From Neoechinorhynchus agilis (Eukaryota; Animalia; Acanthocephala), in NCBI GenBank assembly GCA_051530055.1, contig CM121341.1:14858784-14922783 (forward strand): a stretch of DNA of 64,000 nt. Reading direction: 5' to 3'. The position numbers and the translations under genes were made by a program. The notes under the pieces were generated by a model. It was not told the DNA's origin. It was given only the letters and a program-made list of their open reading frames with translations, and did not search any database. Below are positions 23,076 to 36,814 of this stretch, one piece after another (within the stretch, counting starts at the first letter, position 1; each line of letters starts with the position of its first letter).

Positions 23076-24551
23076 AAAAACGTTCATGTTTTCGTGTTAT
23101 GTATTTTATTATAGATGATAAGCGCGGATGGAAAGCAGTGATGTCCTACATTCCTGCACAAGAAATACAAATTCCATATTTGAAAACGCATTCATGTCTT
23201 CGTGTTCTGTTTTTTTATTTTAGATGAGAAGCAGGGATGTCTTGCATTCCTACACAAGAAATACAAATTCTATATATGAAAACGCGTTCATGTACTTGCG
23301 TTCTTTTTTTATTTAAGAACAGAATCGCGGGTGGAAAGCAGGGATGTCCTACATTCCTGCACAAGAAATAAAAATTCAATATTTGAAAACGCGTTCATGT
23401 CCTCGCGTTCTGTTTTTTATTTTAGATCAGAAGCACGGGTGGAAAGCGGGGATGTCTTGCATTCCTGCACAAGAAATACAAATTCTATATTTGAAAACGC
23501 ATTAATGTCTTCGTGTTCTGTATTTTATTTTAGATGAGAAGCGCGAGTGAGAAGCAGGGATGTCTTGCATTCCTACACAAGAAATAAAAATTCAATATTT
23601 GAAAACGCGCTCATGTACTCGCGTTCTTTTTTTATTTAAGAACAGAATCGCGGGTGGAAAGCAGGGATGTCCTACATTCCTGCACAAGAAATACAAATTC
23701 CATATTTGAAAACGCGTTAATGTCTTCGTGTTCTGTATTTTATTTTAGATGAGAAGCGCGCGGGGAAAACAGTGATGTCCTACATTCCTGCACAAGAAAT
23801 ACAGATTCTATATTAAAAACGCGTTCATGTCTTCGCGTTCTGTTTTTTATTTTAGATGAGGAGCGCAGGTGGAAAGCAGTGATGTCCTTCATTCCTGCAC
23901 AAGAAATACAAATTCTATATTAGAAAACGCGTTCATGTCTTCGTGTTCTGTTTTTTATTTTAGATGAGAAGCGCAGTTGGAAAGCAGTGATATCCTACAT
24001 TCCTGAACAAGAAATACAAATTCCATATTTGAAAACGCATTCATGTCTTCGTGTTCTGTTTTTTTTATTTTGGATGAGAAGCGCGGGTGGAAAGCGGGGA
24101 TGTCTTGCATTCCTGCACAAGAAATACAAATTCTATATTTGAAAACGCATTAATGTCTTCGTGTTCTGTATTTTATTTTAGATCAGAAGCGCGGGTGGAA
24201 AGCGGGGATGTCTTGCATTCCTGCACAAGGAATACAAATTCTATATTTGAAAACGCATTAATGTCTTCGTGTTTTGTATTTTATTTTAGATGAGAAGCGC
24301 GAGTGAGAAGCAGGGATGTCTTACATTTCTGCACAAGAATTAAAAATTCTATCTTTTAAAACGCGTTCATGTCTTCGAATTCTATTTTTTATTTTAGAAC
24401 AGAAGCGCAGGTGGAAAGCAGGGATGTCTTACATTCCTGCACAAGAAATACAAATTATATATATGAAAACGCGTTCATGTACTCGCGTTCTTTTTTTATT
24501 TTAGATGCGAAGCGCGGGTGGAAAGCAGGGATGTCCTACATTCCTGCACAG
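23075..24551. repeat. Tandem minisatellite, 108-bp unit, ~13.5 copies
   Basis: Unit GATGAGAAGCGCGGGTGGAAAGC.GGGATGTC...CATTCCTGCACAAGAAATACAAATTC...GAAAACGC...TTTTATTTTA, with starts at e.g. 23640/23748 and 24073/24181/24289. Confidence 0.97.
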
Positions 24552-25136
24552 TGAGATTGAAAAGGGAATGATGGATGCATCATAGAGGGAATGATGGATA
24601 AAGATGTTTCGCCATTCCCATCGGTACTTTGAGCGCTTAGATATTGAAAAAATGGAATCTTTTTAAAAGATAAATGAATTTTAGTTCGATATCTCGGCAT
24701 CTATTGAGATACCTTAGACGCAAATTTAACGTCTTCATTGAAAATCAATTAAAAAAGATAGAAAAATTCTACATGGATTATCACGTGACTTTATCAACTG
24801 CCATATCGAGTCTTACGGAAATTTTGATGGTCAGTATTCAATCATATTTAAAGACAGAGAATTGTATTATAAATGTGATTCCATACCATTATACCAGTGA
24901 TAAGAAATTTTCCATTTGATTTAATTTCGGATTGTCACAATTACATTTATAAAATCTCTTTGGTCTTCTGAAATCAAAGGCTTTACTCTCTGTGAATCAT
25001 CAAAATATTTTTTATGCTAATTGATTTCGATCTGTAAATTCGATTCGGATTGAACTTTTCGTAATTCACTTCGTAGTCTCAGGATGGTCGTTCAAAATCC
25101 TTTATGTTGAGGATTGCATTCGGGTGGTGGGATATG

Positions 25137-25671
25137 TTATTGTTTAGGTCGCTTGTCAACACCCCAGGGAGATCTTTAAAGACGAATGTATATTTCTACT
25201 GATTGAATCGGTCAATTTCAATTCAATCTAAAATTACAGAGGGGTTCGTCACAACACACACAAGATTGTTCATTTTGACTCGGGACCCGGGATATTCAAC
25301 CCCGTATGCAAAGACCAGCCTCAGTAAGTGTGTTTAGGCCAGCAACAGGTAATTGGAGGGAAGCTTTTGCTTTGTTCACCGTTCCATCGTGTTGGCCATC
25401 TCGATATATATCGACTCTAAAAGAGTCGGGGAGAAAACCAATAGTTTCCCTCCAACTACCTGTTGCTCGCCTAAACACACTCAGGGAGGTTGGTCTTTGC
25501 CTACGGGGTTGACTATCCCGGGTCCCGAGTCAAAATGAACAATCTTGTGTGTGTTGTGTCGAATCCCTCTGTTATTTTAGATTGAATTGACAATGACCGA
25601 TTCAATCAGTAGAAATATCCATTCGTCTTTAAAGATCTCCCTCGGGTGTCGACAAGCGACCTAAACAATAA
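25137..25671. mobile_element. 535-bp fold-back (MITE-like) element, ~229-bp inverted arms and 77-bp spacer
   Basis: 25137-25365 is the reverse complement of 25443-25671 at roughly 90% identity by eye. The ends are TA-TTGTTTAGG...CCTAAACAA-TA. Confidence 0.85.
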
Positions 25672-26183
25672 AAATCTTTTATATCGAAAAAATCTTTTGG
25701 CCGATAATTAAATTTTGAGATACTAAATTTTTTTTCTAAATTCACCTGCAACCGAATGATTTTTTGGTATTCAAGGGCGTTTTTTGAGCATTATCCTCAA
25801 GGAATGTTTGAAATTTCAAAAGTATTTTTTCAGCGTCGCAAATGTTGTATATTGGAACTAGCCAATTTAAATCAATTGAAATTGATTGTTCTTGAATTCA
25901 ACTCTCTACATTCACCTGAGGCAATAGAGATTGGTCCAGTAAACTATGATAAAACCTCCGAGTTATAGCGGTGATTTTTCAATAGCCTTGTTTAAAAATC
26001 TACTCAAATATACAAGAGAAGGATCTAAATGTTACCTAATGCCAGCGTCTTGGCCAAAGCAACCAATTTCCGATCTTTCTCATCAGCGCGACCATAAATC
26101 GCATTTTTTTATCACAAACAACAGCTAATTACAGCCAACACAGCGTGCGTTTTTGTAAGCGAGTGTCAAGAAATGCTAACATT

Positions 26184-26829
26184 TTAGACTATAAAAGTCA
26201 TTTTGCTATGTATATCCGACATTAAAGAATCTCCAACGCACTAAAAGCATAGGTAAGTTTGGATTCAGGAATCAAGAAGCTAACGGCACAAAATTCCTCG
26301 AATGAAATCCTCCCGTCCCCATCTTTATCTGCATTAATGATAGTTTTGTCGACAATCTGCTGCAACTGGTCATCTTTTAGATTGGTACCAACCATCATTT
26401 TAAGTACTTTAAACAACTCGCAGTTGGATATGAATCCATCCTTGTCAATATCGTATACTTTAAATGCAACTAAATTTCCGACTTTCTTGTTTTATTTAAC
26501 AAAAGAGCAATTGTATACTTACATCTGAGCTTGGTTTCTTTGTCTCCTTTCACACTAAACTGAGAAATCCCTTCTATAAATTCCTTAAAGTCAATTTCCC
26601 CGTTTCCGTCCGTATCGAAGATTTCAATTACTCTCTTCACGAGTGGATTCTGTTGGAGCTCGGGAATAGACATGAACTCCTCTACACTCAACGAGCCAGA
26701 TCCATCAATGTCCAACTTCTTAAATCGCTTTCCTAGTCTACGTATCTCATCGGCATCGACTGAATTGGGAGAAAAAGTGGACATTGAGTGCGTGAATGCA
26801 ACCCTTCTGGGAGTAAAGGATGACGGCAA
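26184..26829 (-). CDS. PPP3R1: Calcineurin subunit B (4 EF hands); 5' exon(s) not resolved
   Basis: [63 protein letters not shown]...[16 protein letters not shown]...[35 protein letters not shown]; two short GT-AG introns. Confidence 0.93.
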
Positions 26830-29338
26830 TCAAGGGGAATCGAAAATAACGTCCCTGGGATATAGAAACCAAACTTTAATAGAATTATCTCATGTCTCAT
26901 TCATTGTCATATTTGCATAGTGCGCACTTGCAACAATATCGAATCTTCGCCGATAGACTAAGCCCTTCACTCTTCCCCAATACTTCGCTGTCATAGTCAA
27001 GTTATGCATAAAATTAAAAAATCACAACCTTTAATGGCATACTCAGGATCCTTTTATCGCAGACAAACGAATAAGCAAATTTTTGATGAATCAACGTAGG
27101 TCGAGTTTAATCGAATTTGTCTCGAAATGGAAGCCAACACAACGAGCTGTCGAATACTGAGCACTTTGGTAAATTTAACAGAGATCCCACTGAAGGATGT
27201 AGTGGGCGGAATTGAAGAACCAAAAGAAATTATGCATGCATTTTATAGCGCAAAAATTAATAAAAACCGTGTCACTGGAGTTAATTTAAAAGACTTTATG
27301 GCAACTATGTTGGTTTTTATAAATTGAGATTTCAACAAGGTGCTGTTCACAACAAGTCATTGTGAGATCGGTGAAAAATTGGGAATTTTTTTTATTTAAA
27401 GCGAATTACTTGCTGTCCCAGTTTTTTTAGTGCTGAACTTATATAAACTATTCTTACCCTTTTTATTATAAAATTGTCCGCAAATCTTCTCGGTTAACAA
27501 CACTGATAAAAATATACGAGCTCGAATTCATCATTGTTGAAGCACTTAAATACACACAGAAATTTAAATGTATCTCGAACTTTACAGTTCCTAAAGCCCT
27601 ACTCCCGAAATTCTCTATCTCAGGTATATAAAACGAACAAGCTATTTCCCTTCAACATAGAACATAATCCGGCTTCCACATTTTTGCAGTTGTACGCAAA
27701 CGTCCTAACAATTCACACCATAATCAATGCTCATAAAAGCCTCCATATGAAAGCCTTAAAGCTGCCATAAATATTCAAAGCCCGCTAACATCCTTTCTAA
27801 AGGGTACGTACGAATTTAAAATTGAGGCTTGAACCGAACTCGTTTGTTTCAAAATAATGGTACTCCGGAAATACTCACGTTATTCCGCTTAGTCCTTACC
27901 TGCACGTTTTGAACAACCTCAAAACAAACATTTAGTTCCCCGCACCATTTACAAGTCTACAGTTCGCAGTGCTATACAAAAAATTTTTATCCCAAGAGCT
28001 TGAAATACTTTTACATAAACCTTTAAAGTATTCACTCCGCAACTCACCATTTTGTAAGTAAAACCTAAAATACTACATTTTAGCGATTCGACCATTTACA
28101 ATTTAGTAGGAAACAGGGACAACAAATTTAGAGTTATCTCAAATGTTTCGAAAAACCTTCAAGTTGGATAAATCAGGTAAACCTAATAGTTTCTATTTTG
28201 CTCAACGCCGAATCTAATGCGTATGTATGAAGCTTAATTTTGAACCAAATAAAATTTCCAGTTGCTTGCGTTTAATTGTCTTATGCATTTTTCAGATTTT
28301 TCAATGCTCCATTTTAATCCGGAGCGTTAAAGAACATCAGGGATTGTTTTGCGCTCGAAACAATTAAAGAGTTGCGCCTGAGAATGCTCTTGAGAATAGG
28401 AAGTGCTTGTTAAAAGCGAATAAACTCAAATTGGTTTAAGCGTTTTCGTAGAGTGCAGGCGGACTACTTAAGTCAATCGTTGAAGTTTTTGATTGACTCC
28501 ATCCTTACCCCCCACCCCAAATCGGAACTTCAACTCACAATGAGAATAATCGTACGGGATGGCGCTTTGATTTCCCTAAATACAATCAATGGTTATGTCT
28601 TGGCCAAAAGTGAGTACTCGGATACTAACCATGAGTACCTGTCGTGGATTGAAAGAAACGACTTTCTGGAATAAAGAATGGTGCCACTGAAGGAGCAAGT
28701 GTCACGAATAAGCTGCGGGAAGAGAGGAAAGGAGCGTAGCAACGAGTGTGTGTTGAGACGGTTGCGCAAGCAGCTAACGTTATGCGGAAACTGACGCATA
28801 TTTTTATCTCATTGTTTTTCAATCGGATGACTAATCGAAACCATCTCCACCTATGTGCGAGTTGCTCTGCTCGCTGTGCCACAATCCACCCCCGCTTTTC
28901 ATTCAGTCGACTTCTCTAAAGCGCGCTACTTCCTGAAATCAAGATTTGTAGTTCTTTTGGAAACAGAACTAGCTGCGAAGAGGCATTCTTACTTTGAAAA
29001 CACCAATTGCGGTTCAGTTATGGGAAAGGCGCCCAATATAGCATTATTCATTTCTAGTCTTAAGCAAAAATAACAATCAAAACGGCACAATCGCTAAAAG
29101 GCGAACAGCGACTCGTGCAAAAATACCCAAGTGATGAAAACAATCGCCACTTTGGATAGTGAGCATATAAACAAAATGAATTTGCCGATAACTGAGTCTT
29201 TGATATGTGGTATTCAATCCAACTATCAATTCAGGAGGAAATGAGCAGCTTGAAAAATGAATAGGGGATTGGCGGGAAAGCAATAAAATTTAGGGCAACA
29301 AGTCTTCAATAGTTTTTCGGTATAGGAAATTGGGCTCT

Positions 29339-30590
29339 TCAATCCGAAATCTCAAACTGGGCTCTTCGCTGCATCACCACAGAACTCATAGACCCTCTTG
29401 CCCTCTTTATAGCTAAAGTGATCTTTCTTCCGAAAAATGGATATCCGATTTCAACCCAACCATTCCGTCCAATATCCATTCTGCCCGCTCTTTCAAAAAT
29501 TATCCAAAAATGTTTCAAAAGTCGCCTTTGTCCACTTCTAAAACGACAAATTATCGTGCTTACAATTCGGCTTCCGGTCCAAATTTTCTGCAACGGATGC
29601 CCTACTTTGCATTTATGACACGCTTCTACATATCCTCGACAATAACTCTCCCACGTCACCCGTCCCATCCAACTAAATTTATCGAAAGCATTCCATTCAG
29701 TAGACAGTTCACTACTTCTTTGGACCTGTTCCAATTTCGGTCCATACGCGTGACAGATCTAGTGGCTTGCCTTTTATCTTCACAATCGCCTAAAATACAT
29801 TCACTGCCAATCTACCTCCTCGATAACCCCATCCCTCACCAAAGGCGTACCTCACATTACCGTCTTGGCACCACTTCTTGTTAATATAGTCTTAAACTAA
29901 CTTAAACCTCCCTCGTCTCATTCTAAACTTTTCTTATATGCCGACGCACCAATCACAAACTCTACCTGAACTTCTCTTAATGCTTCCAGTTAATCCACTC
30001 ACCATCCGATCCAGCGAGTCTCCTCCCACTCAGAATTCTGGGTCTCTTTTTTCATTCAAATCTGAAATGGGACTCCTTTCCCTCAAACGCAATACCTTTA
30101 AATTTTATCTCCTCTAACGCCTTCGCCATTTACGAGTCCTTTCGCCCGCTCTCTCCAGATTTTACTAAAGCTTTATTTTACCCTCCCTAACCTGCGGCTA
30201 TCCCGTCTTGTCCAAAATGTCTAAATCACAATTCCGTCGCCTTGAGATAAAATTTGCATAGTTGATTTTCCCCTCTCACCGAATGAATTCCTCCTATACC
30301 TCGAGCCTCCCTATATCTACGCTCCTTTTTCCATACTGTCCAATCTTCTCAGATATCATAACCTGAAATGAACCTGAGGACAGACCAACCTCACAAGCTC
30401 TCTTGCGGACAATAACGGCCAATCTCCACCAGAACGGACATACCAGACCGGATATTCAGACCCGACCGAACCCGTGTTCCACTCCAAAATCAATAGCCAC
30501 ATTCATTTATCCTATCAGAGCTCGAGTGTTTAGGAGTACCCAAAGTTACATTAATCCTATTCTTTGTGCAAATAAACGTGTTGTTATTAT
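29339..30590 (+). mobile_element. Heavily decayed CR1/L2-like RT and 3' region
   Basis: IFLPKNG..FRPISILPALSKIIQKCFK, a GVPxxxxLAP-like stretch and RILGLFF motif remnants; ends near AATAAA at about 30571. Confidence 0.7.
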
Positions 30591-30599
30591 GTAGAACAA

Positions 30600-33566
30600 T
30601 TTTTTTTAATGTAAGAAATTTATTAACTTATATTATTCTCAATTGTCCTTCACCGTCCCCAAGACACTCGCTGCGTTTCCTCGCTGGATAGCCAAGGATA
30701 TGTTCTGCACCAGGAACGAGCGAGCCCTCCTGTCATTGGTCGAGTTGATCAGTCGATGCCCCAGTTCGAGAACAAAACTCCTCGCCGCACGTCCGAAAGC
30801 TCCTAAGGTTTCCACTGCGAAGGGGACAAAATGATGAGAATTTGTAAAATCGGCGTATTTTGCAACCTTACGAAGCTCAGCTGCTGATGCGGCTCCCTCA
30901 GCCCCGGAGGATGCATCTCGCAGATTGCTGGCTGCAAGGGAGTCGACGCATGTTGCGTCCCATATTAGACATCTGCCCCTGCTCCAAGGAAAAACGGTAA
31001 CTCCATCCGGCCTACGGCCATCGATCCTGCAGATGTTGCTAGGCTCGAGGATATTCGAAGAGTTAGCCGTTTTCAAAGCGCGGCTCAGCAATGCGTTTAT
31101 TTCGGTGTGTCTAGCAAAACGGCCACTTGAGCGTTTACAGGCTAAACCGTGCCTGCCCGAGGGGTCGACTTCCGTCCCGCATCGGCAGGTGTGAGGGATA
31201 CAAACCGGGAGCCCGAGCTTTAGGGACACTGCGATTCTGAGAGCCTCGCCGTCTAATCTCGAACCGATATTTGCTGATGGTACAGCTTTCAACCAGGCGC
31301 CGGACTCTTTGCAGGAAACTGCCGTTAATCGCGTTCTATCCACGTCGGAGAGCGAGTCAAAAAGTGAGGTGTAAACACGCTCCACTAAAGGAATGTCCCA
31401 CGATTTCTGTTTTTCCGGGAGGTCTAGAATCTTGTCGAGGTTAGACAGGGACATCCAAAGATGAAGAGCGGGCTCCAGGCTGATGTCCTCCTCAAAATTA
31501 TGTTTCAAAATCAATCTGGAAAGGCGCTTGGACCTACTAAGAGACGATAGAAAGGCTGGAAGCGCAATGGCTGAGCTGGCACGAATACCGATCCCTCCGT
31601 AGCTTGGGGACAAAGATGCCTGGGTCCAGCCAGTGTCGGGGAGCTTAATATTAAGGATCTTGCATAGACCATCCCTTAAAGAACCATCAATCTCTCTCAA
31701 TTCGGGCTGACATTGAAAGGAAGGGGTTGACCGCAGTTTATGGAGGATGCGTGGAATGAAGATGCAATTTTTTAAAAGGAAGAGACCATCGTGAGGAAAA
31801 GTTCAGAGGCCCTTGATCAGATGATATCAATGGAAGGTCTGATTTTCCTGATATCAGCCTGCATATTCTCCTCGAGAACGCAGCTTCCCAGCAGTTCTAA
31901 GCTGGACTTGGAGATAAGTCGGATATTAGGTGCGGCCTTTTCAAACTCTCTCAAAATTTGTGCGCAGTTTGAGGCCAATTTTTTTACATTCTTCTAAAAG
32001 AACCGTTAAATCTTGTAGGACTTCAGACGGGGAACCTCCTAGAGTAGCGTCATCCAGATACCAGGCGTTGAATGGTGATCGAAGAGATTGTGCCAGATTG
32101 TTTGTCGTCAGAGCAAAACCTAAAGGCCCCAGAGGGTCCCCTTGCTGCACACCCGATTGAGACCAGATTAGTTCATTATTATATACGAGCGGGGTGTGAG
32201 AGCAATATGCTGACTGAAAGTAGGGGAGAAGCTTTGGAATAGTGTTTCCGACTGCTGAGATTAAGATGCCTCGATCGATAGTGTTGAAGGCATTTGCGAA
32301 ATCGCACTTCAGGATTAACTGAACGCCCCTACCAGAATTAATAAAAGAACGCAGCGCGTGGACTATAGCCTCTGCTCCACAAGGAGAGCAGCATTCGAAC
32401 TGGACGGGCCTAAGGATCTGGCCTGCTTTTTCCGCGACCCTTTTTGACAGAATCTTTCCGGTGAGACGGCGAAGGGTAGTTCCGATTGCTATGGGACGAA
32501 TCCCACCGTCCTTCTTATTAAGGGCACACAGGGAAGCCGAAAACATGAAATGTATACCAGTGGCATTCGTGTCGCCTCGAGCGATGAGGTTCACTATAGT
32601 GGTCAAAGCCTTGGCGACTTTTTCCGCAACGCAATGCGCTCCCCCCGAGATTAAGTCCTTTAGATGTTGGGGTCTGAGCCCGTCTAGACCGTGACTTGAA
32701 CCGCCGGCGAATGAGGAGAGGGCCCTTTTCATTTCGACCACATCTATCGGTTTGAGATCTATCGGTGAAGGGGAATGTGAGCTAGGAGGTGGTGGTACGG
32801 CTGAAGGTGGGTGTTTTTCCCGCAAAGCGTTCAAAGTGGTAATTGTGTCCCCCGCAAAAGTATCCGTTGATGAGAGAAGGCGCATGGCTCCACGGATGTC
32901 GCCGTCGGACAACTTGGCCGGTACGCGTTCTCCTAAGCGTCTAGATGAAAAACGACGAGGACCTTCAGATTTCGTCGAAAGGGATGTTGGATCCTCGGCA
33001 GATTTGAGCACAGCGAGGAAATTATCAGGGAAGTTGACGACTCTGGACTTGACAATTGATGTCAAGGATTCCTCTGAGGACTCACCGGCGAATAATACGA
33101 GTCGAGGGAAGGCGAACAAACGCATCCAGGATATTGCGCTATTATTAACGACACATTCATTTAAAAGGTCCGCAAATGCGGAACCTACTTGGTACCGGGC
33201 GCCTCTAGGAATTCGTTTGAGGACGTGATTGGGAAGGACACGAAAAAGCTTCACAATTAGAGGAAGATTTTGTGAATCAAAGTCAAGTTCACAATTTGGG
33301 GGGGGAAGAGCTGATATCTTCAGGGGACATGCCCGACCCTTCGCAGCGTGAAGAACGGAGACCGTGAACATGGAGGAGACCCAATTTCGTGACTCTGACT
33401 TTTTTTAAGCAGATCTTACACAAACCTGTGGAAACCTTGGAGGCGGACGTAGCATCGATGCCGGAAGAAGTAGGTTCGCAAAAAGACATTCTCCAGTACG
33501 AGCGTTAGTGAGTTTGTGTGTGTCCTATGGATTGTTTTGGGTTGAATAATTGCTTGTAAGTTTTGC
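30600..33566 (-). mobile_element. Near full-length CRE-clade retrotransposon (subfamily A copy 1): zinc finger + RT + CCHC + RLE, A8 tail; frameshifted
   Basis: N-terminal CKIC..HVHG..CEGSG; RT motifs GLDGLRPQHL, GIRPIAIG, KCDFANAFNTI, GVQQGDPLGP, WYLDDATL; then HTCRCG..HGLAC..RHTEIN, RPDG, WDATC, VPFAVET, ISLAIQRGN. Partial leader AAAACTTACAAG at the 5' end. Confidence 0.95.
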
Positions 33567-34329
33567 TTTCGGGGTTGACAATTCAGTTTATTGCCCAATC
33601 GTTTTCACCAGGAGGTAACTCTTTTTCTTCGTTGCCTGTTATTATGACTTCTATTGACACAAAAAACATCATTTTTAATTGTGTTCCTTCTAGTTTTTAA
33701 GAGTTTATTTCAGCTTACTTAACGAAGGCTCCAGTTTATGAAAGTTCAAAACCAATTTAGTTCTTTTCAGTCCAGATCGCTAGAATTTTAATTGAACCCG
33801 GAGATCATCCATTTTTGTCTATTAAGGAAAACTAAAGGGAATATTTCTGCGCATTGCGTAGGCACAAAGATAATATCTTCATTTCGATCAGATTGCTTTT
33901 GGTATCTAATTTATTTTAAGTTCAACACGTTAAGGAGATGATCTGCGATTGCATTGTATGCTCGAAATCGTGGTTCACTCATAATAAATGCGAAGCTATT
34001 AAGCAATCGACTTGTTTTTCTGCTAAATGTATTTTCGGTGAATTTTCTCATCTGTGCGCGATTTTATATGGAAATTAAAATTAAGGATCCATTTCAGATT
34101 TTAAAAGCTATATCAAACTGATAAATGAATTAAGGGCGTTAAAATACGCAAACTTCGTCAAATCCCATTCGTGGACTTGGCAAACGCACTCTAATTTCTA
34201 GTCGAATCTCAGCAATTGAGCTTATTGAACAAATTTATGAATTCTGTTAGCAGGAATATAAACAACGAAGGACGATTAATATATAAACACGTTTTATTAA
34301 TGCAAGAAATGTACGATCCACACACTTGC

Positions 34330-35645
34330 CAGCATCTATCTTTGCTGAAGGTATCTGGATGACGGATGTTGAAGGCAAGGGAGGTGGGACTTGTTTTTGA
34401 AGGGGTGTTAATGTGCGATCGCAGGCTTTGTACAGGAGATGACCGATTAGGAGTCTTTCCTTGTTCTCCGGTTATTAAGGAAAGATTGGGCTTGGGGGAA
34501 GAAAGATTTTTGGTAGAGAGTGGTACGAGCGAGTGGGGATGAAAAAGGTTGGGATTCCGGGTGTTTACGAGGGAAGAGTATTTAGAGATGAGGGAAGAAA
34601 ATTGTGGAGGGGGTTGAAGAAGACGGAGGGCGTTTTTGGAGAAAATGGAGTGGAGGTGGGCGTCGAAGGGAGGGAGTGAAGTCCCGCATATTCCCGCTGA
34701 TCTCTTGTGGAAGGTTTCGAGGGAATGGAGATCATTGACGGAAAGGGCAAGGAAAGCGGGGAAGTGTATGTAAGGATAGGAAGGATGGTAGAAAGATAAA
34801 AGTGGGCAAGGTGTTTAGGCGATACGCCAAGACGCAGGAGGAGTTTGAGAAGGTAAAGACGAGGGTTTGCTTTAGAGTGTGTAAATGAAATGTGGGCGTC
34901 CCATTTAAAATTTTCTTGTAAAATCAGGCCCAATATTCGGAGAGAAGAGGAGCGTTGGATGGGGAGAGGGAGAGGCGCGGGGATAAGATTGCGTTTGGAA
35001 ATGTGGGGGACAAGCTCAAAAGATTTGGATAAGTTTAGGGAGAGGTTTAGGGTGGAGAGCGAGGAAATGAGATGGTTTAGCTCGTCCATGGTAGTGGAGA
35101 GGGAGAGAGAAGGAGATGCGATGGTAATGACTGTGAGGTCATCGGCATAGAGAAAATATTTGGTAGGGGGAGTGAGGGGATGAAGGTCATTTAGAAAAAT
35201 GCCAAAGAGGAGAGGGGAAAGTACGACGCCTTGGGGAACCCCTTTAAATATGGGCAGAGAGGAGCAACAAGAAGTTATACATTGGATATATTGTTCGCGG
35301 TTGGAGAGGAAAGAGGAAATCCAAGCGAGTTGCCAAGTTGGGAGGCCAAAGGAAGCACATGCTTGGAGGAGAAGGGAGTGATCTACCGACTCGAACGCCC
35401 TGGAAATATCCAGTTGTACGAGACGGACGGTTGATTCTGGATTGGAATCTAAGCTGCGCACAAGCGTATCGTAGATGCAGATGAGGGCATCAGAACAGGA
35501 GTAATTGGGCCGGAAAGCGAATTGGGAAGGGAAGATGTTTTTTGAGGAAGAAGGGAAGTAGGCGGGTTTTAAAACATTTTTCTAAGATTTCAGAGAAAGG
35601 TGAGAGGATAGAGATAGGACGAAAGGATGTGGGGGAAATCGGATT
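34330..35645 (-). mobile_element. 5'-truncated CR1/L2-like LINE (RT + 3' UTR)
   Basis: QLDISRAFESVDH, GVPQGVVLSPLLF, YADDL, RILGLILQENFKWDAHI and FYLSTILPILTY. Confidence 0.92.
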
Positions 35646-36411
35646 GAAGAATCAAGCGCTACTGTGACAAATTCAAGTCAAATTGCAAGCAAAGATGAGC
35701 ATTTAATCGAAAATTCGATCCTATTAATCATCAAAAAGTTGCATTGAGTTCCACACTCTACCTGCAATTGTACTCTTAGGCTGTGAAGGGAGACACTGGC
35801 TAAGTAGCTTCCGATGCACATTGTAGCCAATAACGTAATCCGGAGAAATCACAAATTTTTGAGTAGCGTGCGATCCGGTAAAACAGAAAGAAAAGCTCGT
35901 GGCAATACAATTTAAAGTATCTAGGAGATCAGAAGTCGATCAGGATTTTTAATGTTGGAGCATTCCACGTTCGGTTGACCTGCGATCAGTCCGTTCAAAT
36001 CCGTTAACGAAGCGATCCCTAACGAACGATTAATTCAAACCACAAAGCGTTGGCTTCGTTTAGAGTAGCGCATTTGATCGGTGGCGATAAATACGGCGGT
36101 TTACGTGGTATTGATTTTGATTTTGATTTATAGCTGTATTTGTTTAGAAGAGACATTTGCAGTATTCTTCGGCTAATTTAAAATAATTTACCCTAATGTT
36201 TGCAAGTAAATAATGGTTTGTTTATGGCGGAAATTGAAGGAATTTATTAAAGCTGCTAATTCGGCAACTCTTGTGCCTTTATCAAGGTTGTTTAAGTGTT
36301 CTATTCACATTAGATTGTATCTCCGAAATATCGGATTCAATAAATTTCGTCAATTTTTCCGTCATAAACAAACATGAATAATTCAATCTTCAAACATTAA
36401 ATAATGCGTTT

Positions 36412-36790
36412 TTAATAATCAGAATAAGTCGATATGTTACTCGTAATAAAGTTTTTGTTTGTAATGAATTCGTTGACGAGCACATCAATATCCAATAAGT
36501 AATCGTTTGGCTGTTTATACGAAGGTTGTTTCATAATTTTTGCGATTCGGCCACTTGAGATCTTGAGATACGGGTGCGTTGCTATTGTTCTCGAGTCCTC
36601 CCTAAGCTGCTGTAATTTTTTAACCTTCCACCTGATGATACAGATGTGAAGAAGAGCTCGAGGTGCTTCGGTTTGGTCGATTATCCAAGAAAAAATTAAT
36701 AATGTAACCTTTTCATATGAAAACGTTTCAGTGCTGTTCAACATATACTCCGCCTCTTTCAATGCACTTTTTTCATGCCTCGAGATGATC
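36412..36790 (-). CDS. Unidentified probable exon(s)
   Basis: Long open frame after acceptor ttctgcag with a plausible internal donor; no family recognised. Confidence 0.3.
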
Positions 36791-36814
36791 TTGCTCTGCA
36801 GAAATGAGGCTCTA

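Noticed and set aside
23075-24551. CRISPR-like array, or a repeat-protein gene (ORFs 23331, 24087, 24316, 24369)
   Set aside because: Whole units repeat with no unique spacers, the context is eukaryotic, and frames are broken by stops in most units.
24595-24625. ~30-bp inverted similarity with 61711-61740 (CCGATGGGAATG...ATCTTTATCC)
   Set aside because: Too short to define an element; probably the end of a dispersed repeat.
28625-28640. ATG followed by donor gttagt (minus strand) as the ATG-only first exon of calcineurin B
   Set aside because: It fits the known gene structure, but I could not find the required second exon (GNExS...), so the CDS start is left unresolved.
33938-34078. 47-codon Cys-rich frame MICDCIVCSKSWFTHNKC resembling a PHD finger
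   Set aside because: Ligand spacing is imperfect, the frame is very short and there are no supporting exons.
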